Both the position numbers and the translations under genes were made by a program. Of a stretch of DNA of 64,000 nucleotides, positions 31,413-40,048 are shown piece after piece (the first letter of the stretch is position 1; each line of letters opens with the position of its first letter). The notes under the pieces are model-generated. The model worked only from the letters and a program-made list of their open reading frames with translations, made no database searches and was not told the DNA's origin. The DNA is from a virus. Its lineage: Duplodnaviria > Caudoviricetes. The DNA is taken from the IMG/VR virus record IMGVR_UViG_3300029267_004155. One strand, given 5' to 3'.

Positions 31413-31681
31413 GCGACGCGGGCCGCTTGACCGCCGACGACCTGAGCGTGGCCTTCGAGAAGATCGAGAGGACGGACGCTCAGGCCGGGGCCGTGACGGT
31501 GGGCGTCGAGGCCTGGGAGGAGCTGGGGAGGATGGGGTCCGACGCCCTGGTGCCCGCGACGGAGGAGGAGCTGTTCAGGAACGGCTTCGTCGGGTCGATC
31601 TGGGGCGCCAACCTGCATGTCTCGTGCCCTCCTGGCGAGGTGATGGCGAGTGACGAGGTGATCGAGAGGCGTATGGTGTGA
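31409..31681 (+). CDS. Small protein resembling a major-capsid fragment
   Basis: LTADDLSVAFEKIE...ELFRNGFVGSIWGANLHVS..PGEV; similarity recalled, not searched. Confidence 0.45.
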   Translation: MSDAGRLTADDLSVAFEKIERTDAQAGAVTVGVEAWEELGRMGSDALVPATEEELFRNGFVGSIWGANLHVSCPPGEVMASDEVIERRMV

Positions 31682-33341
31682 CGACGGACGCGGATGAGAG
31701 GAACGGGATCGTGGCGGTCGACGGGACGAAGGACGGGACCGGGGTGGCATGATGGTTTTCTCGAAGGTGTTCGGGACGATGGCGTCGGGAAGGAGGCTGT
31801 CCGCCGACTGGGCACCGGCGGTCGCGGCCTGCGGTCTTTGTCATGCCTCTGTCCTGAGGGGCGACGGCGAGGGCAACTTCGCGGCTCTGGGCGTCTGTCC
31901 GAGGTGCGGGGCCGTCCGCGTCGGCGTGACGGGGAAGTGGGTCCTGGGCGAGGTGGTGGTGAGAGAGGAGGAGAAAGCGGATGGATGAGAAGGCGTCCGG
32001 GGTCGGGAGGTTCAGTCCCGGGGTGATGGTGCCCGGCGTGGGCCTCGTCGAGGTTCCTGGCTGGATGTGGGTCCTGGCCTTCGCCCTCCGCGGGGTGCCC
32101 TGGGCCATGGAGGAGGTCTCCGGCCCGGAGTTCGGGGCCGTGGTCCGGGCCTGGGTCGAGGAGGACGCCAGGCGGAAGGCCTCGGCCGGGATCGACCGGT
32201 GTCTCAAGGAGGTGGCCAGGCTGAGGAAGGAGCTGGGGACGTGACCGAGAAGTTCTACAGGGAGCTGTGCGGGTTGCTGAACCGGCTGCTGGAGGCCGAT
32301 CCGGCGAAGGCGGAGGCCGTGGCGGAGTCGGGGCTGCTGGAGCTGGCGAACGAGAGGCGCCCGCAGGTCATGGGGCCGCTGGTGGCCCATTGGCACGAGG
32401 TCATGGTGGACGAGGTTTCCCAGGGCGGCAGACTGACGGCGTTCGAGCTGTGGCTTGGCGCCCGGGACGCGAAGCCGAAGGAGAAGGTTCATGAGGTCGG
32501 CGGTGAGCATGGGGATGAAGCTATGGTGGATGAGGCGGCCGAAGTGCCGCGATTGCCGGAAGGTGCGGCTGCTAGGCGCGGAGGCGAGAAGGACGCGCCG
32601 GTGCGCGGCTTGCAGGAGGAAGGCGGATGCTCGAGAGGCTGAGATGTAAGATGTTCGGGCATGTCCGGGGCTCGGAGGAGATTGAGGAGTCGGTTGGCCG
32701 GCTTCGCGAGCCCGGCGGCCTCATGCGTGAGGGTTCCCGGCCATCTCGGGATGATGGCTTGCTGTGAGGTTGGGATGTTCGGGGTGGGATGAGGAGACGA
32801 CCATGAACGAGGATAGGTGCATGCTGGGGCCGACGAGCTCCGAGGAGATTCCCTGCTACGTGACCGCGGAGGAGAGGCCCGTCGAGCCGACGTGGTTCGG
32901 CCGGCTGTGCTGTCTGGTGCTCGGGCACGTGGAGGTGGTGAGGCTGGAAGAGAGCGTCGGCGAGCTCAGGGAGCCTGACGGGGAGCCTCGCGAGGTGGTG
33001 GTTCGCCTGTTGATTACCGAATGTCTGCGCTGCGGGAAGCTGATTGCGCTTCATCCGGCGGGCGTCGCGAGGGACCCGGCTCGGGGAGGTTGGATGGAGA
33101 AGGCGGATGGCGTGTGACTCGGGAGGAAGTTTGTGGAGACGACCATGACGTAGGAACGGGAGGTGCGCGAGAGTTGGTGAAGCGAAGGGCGGCAGCCGAC
33201 TGCCGTGGGGCTCTTTGTTCCCAACCTGCCGAGGGTGCCGCGTGGCAGACGGCACGAGGTTCGATTCCTTCCCTCCCGTCCAATCGAGGCCCGCATGCCC
33301 GGAGGTCCGGAGGGCGCGGAGTGCAGGAGAAAGGTGGGCAC

Positions 33342-34577
33342 ATGATCGACTTGACTGACGCGACGTTCATGATCGCGATGAGGGCGGACTCGGAGGAGCG
33401 TGTCCGGATGCTCCGGATGGTGGTCGACTACCTGGGGTCGGTGGTGGACGCCCCGATCCTGATAGGGGAGGAGGGTCCGGAGCCGACGCTGGAGGCCCTT
33501 TTCCCCGGGTGCGAGCACGTCTTCGTGCATTCGGCCGACGAGGTCTTCCGGAGGGCCAGGCTGCTGAACGCGATGTGGGCGCGCGTGCGCACGCGGTACG
33601 CCTTCAACCACGACGGCGACTGCTGGGTGGCCCCGGAGGGCTACCGCCGGGCGGTCGAGATGCTTAGGTGGTCGGACGTGGACGTGGCCTATCCGCACGT
33701 CCGGCTCAGGGACCACGTGGAGCTGCCGGGTCCTGGCGTCGGGTGCTCGGAGCTGGGTTCGGCGCCGTCGGTCTCCACGGCGTGGCGGCAGTACGGAGGC
33801 CTGATCGGCTATCGCCGGGAGGCCTTCGTCCGGGCCGGCATGGAGAACGAGAAGTTCGTCAGCTGGGGCTTCGAGGACGTGTCCAGGCTGGAGCGCCTGG
33901 AGAGGCTCGGGCAGAAGGCCGTGTGCGTCAGGGACTTCAGGCTCAGGCACTTCCTGCATGCCAGGCCGTTGAACAGCGACATGTCCAGCGAGTACGTCTC
34001 GGGGAACGAGGCGGAGCTGTGGCGGATGAGGGGGATGAGCCTGGAGGACCTGGTCTGGTACGTGTCGAGCTGGCCGTGGTCCGCCCACGTCCACGGGGAC
34101 GGCCATCTCCTGTTCGACCGCCACCCGTCGATGGCCAGGGTTCACGGGTGGGCGTCGAACGCGGGGCTTCACGAGGACGGGTTCCTGAGGAAGGAGTGGG
34201 CGTACGGGAGGATGGTTCTCGCGCTGAGGCCCGAGGAGGACGGCCCGGTTGGCGTCGCGCTCCCTTTCCGGCCCGGCGGCTACGCCTTCGATCCACCGGA
34301 CCTGCGGGAGGCCGCGCTCGTGGTCCGGTACGTCGGGTCCGATCCGTTCAGGCTGGCGCTGTTCGACGGGGGAGGGCGGCCCTCGAAGGAGGTCGTGGTC
34401 GAGCCGCGCGACACGTCGGGGTCGTGGTCGGGCGTGGAGTGGCAGGAGGTCTCGGTGCCGATGCTCGGGATGTTCGGGCAGCCGGGGCCAGCAGGCGGCC
34501 TGATGACGCTGGCGTTGAACTTCGCCGGGCTGACCAGGGACTTCGCGATAGGGGAGGCGGGGTTGAGATGGGGCTAG
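33342..34577 (+). CDS. GT-A glycosyltransferase (GT2/GT7-like) with C-terminal extension
   Basis: F.RARLLN, HDGD (DxD), GMENEKFVSWGFED, HFLH. Confidence 0.8.
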   Translation: MIDLTDATFMIAMRADSEERVRMLRMVVDYLGSVVDAPILIGEEGPEPTLEALFPGCEHVFVHSADEVFRRARLLNAMWARVRTRYAFNHDGDCWVAPEGYRRAVEMLRWSDVDVAYPHVRLRDHVELPGPGVGCSELGSAPSVSTAWRQYGGLIGYRREAFVRAGMENEKFVSWGFEDVSRLERLERLGQKAVCVRDFRLRHFLHARPLNSDMSSEYVSGNEAELWRMRGMSLEDLVWYVSSWPWSAHVHGDGHLLFDRHPSMARVHGWASNAGLHEDGFLRKEWAYGRMVLALRPEEDGPVGVALPFRPGGYAFDPPDLREAALVVRYVGSDPFRLALFDGGGRPSKEVVVEPRDTSGSWSGVEWQEVSVPMLGMFGQPGPAGGLMTLALNFAGLTRDFAIGEAGLRWG

Positions 34578-34924
34578 ACAGGGAGACGTGCCGGGGGTGC
34601 GTCTTGACGTACGTGAGAAGAACCTTCGTGCCCGGCGCCTTCGACGACGAGCAGCTCGACCTCTTCGCGAGGGATTGGGAGAGGGGGGAGGTGCGGTGTC
34701 CCGGCGTGTTGCGGCTGCCGGCCACGGAGACGCCGATGAGGGTCGGCGAAAGCGGGCGCTTCATCTTCGAGAGCTTCGTCGGGGTCGGCGGGCCGATTCC
34801 CGGCTGCTGCCTGGAGAAGGAGGGGCAGCTGGGCCCGGAGGCGTGGGGCGCGTACCTGAGGGCCCTGGAGCTGAACGGGGAGCTGTTGCCGGGCGAGGTC
34901 GTGGCGACGGCGGAGGAGAGATGA
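34568..34924 (+). CDS. Cys-motif protein with GEVVATAEE tail
   Basis: CRGC...C...PIPGCC. Confidence 0.55.
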   Translation: MGLDRETCRGCVLTYVRRTFVPGAFDDEQLDLFARDWERGEVRCPGVLRLPATETPMRVGESGRFIFESFVGVGGPIPGCCLEKEGQLGPEAWGAYLRALELNGELLPGEVVATAEER

Positions 34925-35223
34925 GCATCCTCGACGACATGGACCTGAGCGACCCGGTCGTGGTCCGGATGGAGTGGCAGGACGACAAGTACGATTCGGG
35001 GCGGTGGCTCGGGGAGCACGAGTGGCAGTGCGCGTGCGAAGGGTGGAACGGAAGGCCGGTGGCGCCTCGCAGGGTGCACAGGAGGCTGAACGTTAAGCGT
35101 GGGCAGATTTTGACGGCGGTGACCTGCGACGCCTGCGAGCGTTGCGGGTGCGGCGTCACGGTGATGTTCGTGGCTCACGACGACGGGAGCGTGGAGGCGG
35201 CCGATGAAGACGACCCACGGTAG
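34921..35223 (+). CDS. Zn-binding small protein with DGSVEAADE tail
   Basis: CAC...CERC. Confidence 0.55.
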   Translation: MSILDDMDLSDPVVVRMEWQDDKYDSGRWLGEHEWQCACEGWNGRPVAPRRVHRRLNVKRGQILTAVTCDACERCGCGVTVMFVAHDDGSVEAADEDDPR

Positions 35224-35443
35224 TTTTGCCGTGACGATTCCGTGGGACGGGACGCACGAGTGTGGCCGGTGCGGGCACCGGTGGCGCGAGGCGGCCGAGA
35301 AGGACGTGGTTCCAGGAGTGGTCGAGCAAGTCGCGGCCTTCGAGGAGTGCCCGTCCTGCGGCGGGAGGTTGTGGACGCTGTTCCGCGGCTACCGCGACGG
35401 GAGCGTCGGGACGGAAGGAGAGACATGGATTGGCAGTGGATGA
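35204..35443 (+). CDS. Zn-ribbon protein
   Basis: CGRCGHRW...CPSC. Confidence 0.55.
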   Translation: MKTTHGSFAVTIPWDGTHECGRCGHRWREAAEKDVVPGVVEQVAAFEECPSCGGRLWTLFRGYRDGSVGTEGETWIGSG

Positions 35444-36322
35444 TCTTGTGCGTCTGTGGCTGAGGCGTATAATGGTGGCGGAGGCGAGATGGAAAAGGCC
35501 ACTTTGACCGACATACTGGACATGTGGATGATGCGGACGCCGAGGCTTTTCAAGAGCGACGCGACCGCCTTGAGTTTCCTGGAGGCCTGCGCCGGGGTGG
35601 CGCGGGGAGAGGTTGGGCTCGCGCGACCGCCGGAGCTGCTGGCGGCCGGGGGCTTCTCCTCCTCCGGGGTTGACGCTGAGGAGATGAGGAAGGAGCTGGC
35701 CTTCGTGGCCGGAGAAGGAGCGGACGATGACAGACCAGGCGGACCAGGCGGAGTTGACGGCGAGGGAGTCGGAGGACAGGAGGAAGTGGCCGGAGAAGGA
35801 GGCGGAGGACACGAGAAGGTGGCCGCGGAAGGAGCAGGAGGCGGGAGGCCAGGCGGAGCCGAGGGCGAGGGGGTCGGAGGACAGGAGAAGGGGACCGGAG
35901 GACAGGAGAAGGGGGTCGGAGGACAGAGGAAGGGGGGCGAGGGACCAGGGGCCTCCGGGGAACCCTCACGTCCAGCACATGAGGGGCGTGATCCTGGAGA
36001 CGATCCGGGCCGTGCAGAAGGAGAAGCACGACTGCCTGGACTGCTTCCAGGCTTTCGCCCGTAGCGCCCGGGACGAGGAGGAGCTCAAGAACGTGATGAA
36101 CGGCATGATGCTGGTGGGGAGGCTGCACAGCAATGACGCCTGACGAACAGCTGATCTGCACCCGGTGCGGCGCCGAGATCGAGAGCATGATGGATGTGGG
36201 CTATCTGGGGCCGAGGGACCGGGGCGACAGGAGCTGCCACCCGTTCATGGAGTTCGAGACGGTCTGCCGGGAGTGCGAGGACAAAGGTGCCGAAGGCACG
36301 TCGGGAAAATCCGGCGACGGGG

Positions 36323-36352
36323 TTGGCAAGTCGGCGCCCGAGGGTGTATAAT
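36323..36352 (+). promoter_or_regulatory. Sigma70-like promoter of tRNA operon 1
   Basis: TTGGCA-18 nt-TATAAT with extended TG. Confidence 0.7.
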
Positions 36353-36420
36353 GGGATTTTGGACGACGGGTGAGGGTCCTGGCCAATTCCAGGGCTGGAC
36401 CCCACAAACCGAGAGAGACG

Positions 36421-36510
36421 ATGGACAAGCAGAGTCGCAACCTGATGTTGGCATGTTGTGGGCGGGGATATTCCTCGTTCCGCCTTACGCCTGCGTCCGG
36501 GCTGCGTTGA
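36421..36510 (+). CDS. Attenuator leader peptide 1 (MDKQSRNLMLACCGRGYSSFRLTPASGLR)
   Basis: Codons match operon-1 tRNAs; its 3' end contains the antiterminator strand. Confidence 0.8.
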   Translation: MDKQSRNLMLACCGRGYSSFRLTPASGLR

Positions 36511-36562
36511 CGCTCGTCGAAGCCCCTAGGCCCCCGGACGCGAAAGCCTCCGGGGGTTTTTC
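36493..36562 (+). terminator. Attenuator 1 antiterminator/terminator switch
   Basis: GCGTCCGGG (36493-36501) is complementary to terminator 5' arm CCCGGACGC (36533-36541); hairpin + U-tract. Confidence 0.85.
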
Positions 36563-36569
36563 TGTTTCT

Positions 36570-36660
36570 GGAGGGCGACCGGCTGCACGAGGAGCTCGAT
36601 TTGAAATCGGGTAGGCCCTGGAAACGGGGTCTCGGGGTTGGAGTCCCCGGCCCTCCTCCA
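36570..36660 (+). tRNA. tRNA-Ser(UGA), atypical D/T loops
   Basis: Cloverleaf, long variable arm, CCA. Confidence 0.8.
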
Positions 36661-36669
36661 GGATTGAAA

Positions 36670-36754
36670 GGCCCAGTGGCGGAATTGGCATACGCGCCCG
36701 ATTCAAAATCGGGTCCCTTCGGGGATGGGAGTTCGACTCTCCCCTGGGCTACCA
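36670..36754 (+). tRNA. tRNA-Leu(CAA)
   Basis: Cloverleaf, CCA. Confidence 0.92.
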
Positions 36755-36816
36755 GCAACAAATGGAACGAGATAGCGAGTCCGGGATCGAGAGAAGGAGA
36801 TGATCGACGACGAGAT

Positions 36817-36902
36817 GCGTCGGCTGAGCATTTGGCGAGCTCCCCGGTCTGTAAAATCGGCGCCTTCGGGCTTTGATGGTTCGACTCCATCTCGGCGCAC
36901 CA
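36817..36902 (+). tRNA. tRNA-Tyr(GUA)
   Basis: Cloverleaf, variable arm, CCA. Confidence 0.85.
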
Positions 36903-36915
36903 ACAACTGAACAGT

Positions 36916-37002
36916 GGTCCCGTGCCGGAATTGGCATACGGCCCCGGTTGAGGGCCGGGGGCCCGAGAGGGCGTGGGAGTTCGAGTCTCCCCGGGGTCAC
37001 CA
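36916..37002 (+). tRNA. tRNA-Leu(GAG)
   Basis: Cloverleaf, CCA. Confidence 0.9.
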
Positions 37003-37010
37003 GGAATCAT

Positions 37011-37101
37011 GGAGAGCATCCGGCCGGATGAGGAGCGCGTTTCGAAAGCGCGTAGGTCCCGGGAACGGGGCTTCGGAGTTCGAGTCTCCGGCTCTCCGCC
37101 A
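37011..37101 (+). tRNA. tRNA-Ser(CGA)
   Basis: Cloverleaf, long variable arm, GCCA. Confidence 0.85.
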
Positions 37102-37199
37102 AGATGTGGACCGGGGCTTCAAACCTCGGTGCAACCCATTAACGTCTTGTGGGGTATGCAAAGGCGTGACTTCGCCGGGTGGAGAGAACCCGGCAACAA

Positions 37200-37285
37200 G
37201 CCCGGGTGGTGGAATTGGCAGACACGCTGCGCTCAGACCGCAGTGCCGAAAGGCGGTGAGGGTTCGACTCCCTCCTCGGGCACCA
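37200..37285 (+). tRNA. tRNA-Leu(CAG)
   Basis: Cloverleaf, CCA. Confidence 0.92.
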
Positions 37286-37294
37286 GATTTAGAC

Positions 37295-37371
37295 GCAGTG
37301 GTAGCTCAGCCAGGTAGAGCTTCCGCCTTCCAAGCGGAAGGTCGCGCGTTCGATTCGCGTCCACTGCACCA
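37295..37371 (+). tRNA. tRNA-Gly(UCC)
   Basis: Cloverleaf, CCA. Confidence 0.9.
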
Positions 37372-37387
37372 TTGATAGGAGGAAGGA

Positions 37388-37564
37388 GTGAGGGCGCCAA
37401 ACTCGGTGATACGCGAGCGACTTGACCGTTGGTGCAAGCCGTGTCGTAAGATGGACGCCAAGGCGATGGTGTGCTTGGTGGAGAGGTGCAACGTCAGACG
37501 AAAGGCGTCGTTGGCAGAAGAGTCGTGCCCGATGGGTTTCTGGGGGAAGTACGAGGAGATTTGA
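37388..37564 (+). CDS. Small Cys-rich protein (DUF6171-like) inside the tRNA array
   Basis: ERLDRWCKPC...C....C...K....SCPMGFW; AGGAGG RBS; below the ORF-track size cutoff. Confidence 0.55.
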   Translation: MRAPNSVIRERLDRWCKPCRKMDAKAMVCLVERCNVRRKASLAEESCPMGFWGKYEEI

Positions 37565-37569
37565 ATAGT

Positions 37570-37660
37570 GGAGAGCGTCCGGATGGACGAGGAGTCGGTT
37601 TGCTAAACCGGTAGGCCCTGGAAACGGGGTTTCGGGGTTCGATTCCCCGGCTCTCCGCCA
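37570..37660 (+). tRNA. tRNA-Ser(GCU)
   Basis: Cloverleaf, long variable arm, GCCA. Confidence 0.87.
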
Positions 37661-37738
37661 AAGATTGTGTCCCGACCGGTGCTCGGGCTTGGCAGCCCGA
37701 CGGGTCCAAACGCCCGGCCAGAACTGGAAGGGACTTTC

Positions 37739-37815
37739 GGTGAGGTAGCTCAGTCCGGTAGAGCACTCGGTTGAAGCCCGAGGCGTCGTTGGTTCGATTC
37801 CGACTCTCACCACCA
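37739..37815 (+). tRNA. tRNA-Phe(GAA)
   Basis: Cloverleaf, CCA. Confidence 0.9.
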
Positions 37816-37820
37816 ATTTG

Positions 37821-37904
37821 GCCCGAGTGGCGGAATGGCAGACGCGGCCGGTTTAAGTTCGGCTGTCGAAAGGCGTGCAGGTTCGATCCCTGTCTCGGGC
37901 ACCA
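37821..37904 (+). tRNA. tRNA-Leu(UAA)
   Basis: Cloverleaf, CCA. Confidence 0.9.
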
Positions 37905-37942
37905 AGGTGTAGCAGTGTAGCAGTGTAGCAAAGGAGATTTTT

Positions 37943-38018
37943 GGCGGGGTGGCTGAGAGGTTTAGGCGCGCGGTTGCAACCCGCGTTCATGAGGGTTCGA
38001 GTCCCTCCCCCGTCTCCA
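37943..38018 (+). tRNA. tRNA-Cys(GCA)
   Basis: Cloverleaf, U73, CCA. Confidence 0.9.
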
Positions 38019-38025
38019 TTTTCGA

Positions 38026-38196
38026 TGAGGCCGTCCACCTAATGGCAAGGGCCGGAGCGGAGCGCCGCATAGCCCGTCGAGGCGCAAGCGCGACGGGTGA
38101 CGCCTGCGAGTCCAAAGGGCTGTGACATGGCCAGCCACGCGGGCTGCGGAATGGGCAGGACGCACCGGGATGCGGGTTCGAGTCCCGTCGGCTTCA
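38026..38196 (+). ncRNA. tRNA-like RNA with ~105-nt structured insert replacing the anticodon loop
   Basis: Acceptor TGAGGCCG/CGGCTTCA, D-like loop TAATGGCAAG, T arm GCGGGTTCGAGTCCCGT. Confidence 0.6.
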
Positions 38197-38204
38197 GACT
38201 TTGA

Positions 38205-38295
38205 GGAGAGCATCCGGCTGCATGAGGAGCGCCGTTGGAAACGGCGTCGGTCCGGGAAACCGGGCTTCGGGGTTGGAGTCCCCGGCTCTCCGCCA
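38205..38295 (+). tRNA. tRNA-Ser(GGA), atypical D/T loops
   Basis: Cloverleaf, GCCA. Confidence 0.82.
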
Positions 38296-38327
38296 GTATG
38301 TTAAGGGCAACCCAAAGGAGGTTGCTG

Positions 38328-38993
38328 ATGAAGATCGAGGGCTGTCGGGTGGCCGCGGCGATGGTCGTCTATCACACCTACGGCCTGATGAGGAAGGCGG
38401 TGGCGTCGGTGAGGAGGTTCTATCCGGACATCGACTTCTTCGTGGTGGACAACACCGAGGGGGTCGCTCCGAGGAACGTCAGGAAATGGGCGAAGAGGAA
38501 CCGGGTGAGGCTTATCCGGGTGGGGTCCAACATCGGCCATGGGCCGGGGATGAACGTGGCGCTGTGGGCGACGGAGGCCGACGTGCTGCTGATGCTGGAC
38601 AGCGATACGGAGATGTACGAGCCGAACTTGCTGGAGGACGCCCTGGCGAAGGTCGGGGGCCGGAAGACCAGGTGGTACGGGATAGGGCCGGTCGCGCCGG
38701 TGAAAAGGCCGGTGGGAGGCGAGAAGGTTTCGTACCTTCATTCGTCGACGTGCCTCTTCCATGTCGGGTACTATCGGCGGTTCGAGCCGTTCACGGACCA
38801 CGGGCTTGCGCTGGTGGCGCCGATGTACGAGCTGAGGGTCAAGAGGATGGAGTCGATGCTGGTGGACTTCCCGGTCCAGGACTACGTGCATCACCTCTGG
38901 AGAGGAACCAGGGACTTTTGCAGGGGCCACCAGCTGGACAGGTCTTACGAAAGCCGGAAGTCGGCCTCCTGGTGGGAGCCTGGGAAGTTTTGA
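38328..38993 (+). CDS. Glycosyltransferase family 2
   Basis: VVDN, NIGHGPGMN, LMLDSD. Confidence 0.85.
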   Translation: MKIEGCRVAAAMVVYHTYGLMRKAVASVRRFYPDIDFFVVDNTEGVAPRNVRKWAKRNRVRLIRVGSNIGHGPGMNVALWATEADVLLMLDSDTEMYEPNLLEDALAKVGGRKTRWYGIGPVAPVKRPVGGEKVSYLHSSTCLFHVGYYRRFEPFTDHGLALVAPMYELRVKRMESMLVDFPVQDYVHHLWRGTRDFCRGHQLDRSYESRKSASWWEPGKF

Positions 38994-38999
38994 TAATGA

Positions 39000-39077
39000 G
39001 CGCCCGTAGCTCAGTCTGAATAGAGCGCCCCGCTACGGACGGGGAAGTCGCAGGTTTGAATCCTGCCGGGCGTGCCA
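39000..39077 (+). tRNA. tRNA-Arg(ACG)
   Basis: Cloverleaf; A19/U56 variant. Confidence 0.88.
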
Positions 39078-39084
39078 ACTTTGA

Positions 39085-39160
39085 GGACCTGTAGTTCAGT
39101 TGGAAGAACATCGGTCTCCGAAGCCGAAGGTCGCGGGTTCGAGTCCCGCCGGGTCCTCCA
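39085..39160 (+). tRNA. tRNA-Arg(CCG)
   Basis: Cloverleaf, CCA. Confidence 0.9.
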
Positions 39161-39167
39161 GAATTAT

Positions 39168-39244
39168 CCGTCTGTAGCTCAGTTGGTTAGAGCGGTCGTC
39201 TCATACGCGACAGGTTGTAGGTTCGATCCCTACCAGACGGACCA
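39168..39244 (+). tRNA. tRNA-Met(CAU), elongator-type
   Basis: Cloverleaf, paired 1-72, CCA. Confidence 0.85.
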
Positions 39245-39347
39245 TCCTCTTTGAAGACGGGCCTCTGGCGGTGTACAATAGGCCAGGAGGTGCGCCGCGA
39301 GGCTTGAGGCGAGGTGACGATCGACGACTACGAGAAGGAGCGGGGCG

Positions 39348-39971
39348 ATGACGGGAGTGCTTGACAGGCGGGTCCTGGTGCTTGACGGCTCGTGGAGGCC
39401 GGTGGACGTGACGAACGTGGTCGGGGCCCTGTGCAAGGTGTGCGCGGGGAAGGCCGACGTCGTCGACAATGACTACTCCCTCTACGGCTTCGAGGAGTGG
39501 GTCGAGAGCTGGTCCGACGCGGCCAGGGCCGCGGAGATGGCCGAGTCGGGGCGCCCCCTCGTGCGTTCCAGGAGCTTCGCCTTCCCGGCGCCGGAGGTCA
39601 TCCGGCTCGTCCGGAAGGTCCGCTTCTGGCGTCGTCGGGCCAAGCTCTGCCGGAAGGCGATCTTCGCCCGCGACCGGAACGTCTGTCAGTACTGCGGCAA
39701 GAAGCTGCCGGCCTCCAAGCTCAACATCGACCACGTGGTCCCCAAGTCCAGGGGTGGAGGCACGACCTGGGAGAACCTGGTTCTCTCGTGCGTGAGGTGC
39801 AACCACAAGAAGGACAGCCGGACGCCCAGGGAGGCGGGCCTGACGCTCCTGAGGGAGCCGAGGGAGCCGCACTGGGCCGTCGTCAACAGGCGTGGCATCC
39901 TGAGGGACCCTCCCAGGTCGTGGGAGGACTTCCTCGGCGCCATGTACTGGGACGTCGAGCTGGAGGGCTGA
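39348..39971 (+). CDS. HNH endonuclease
   Basis: IFARDRNVCQYCG...NIDHVVPKSRGGGTTWENLVLSCVRCNHKK. Confidence 0.93.
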   Translation: MTGVLDRRVLVLDGSWRPVDVTNVVGALCKVCAGKADVVDNDYSLYGFEEWVESWSDAARAAEMAESGRPLVRSRSFAFPAPEVIRLVRKVRFWRRRAKLCRKAIFARDRNVCQYCGKKLPASKLNIDHVVPKSRGGGTTWENLVLSCVRCNHKKDSRTPREAGLTLLREPREPHWAVVNRRGILRDPPRSWEDFLGAMYWDVELEG

Positions 39972-40048
39972 CGGGCCGGTTCTCGGAAAAATCTCCGAGG
40001 GGGCTGGTAAGACTGGCGTTGACGGCGTATGATAATAGGCAAGGAGCA

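Noticed and set aside
21303-35443. Integron-like cassette array or diversity-generating retroelement behind the microprotein family
   Set aside because: No attC-like palindromes, integrase, reverse transcriptase or template/variable repeat pair visible in this window.
37110-37130. Possible tRNA-Sec or opal suppressor (CTTCAAA loop)
   Set aside because: Only a hairpin; no acceptor, D or T arms in register. No sign of stop-codon recoding, since genes end normally at TGA/TAG.
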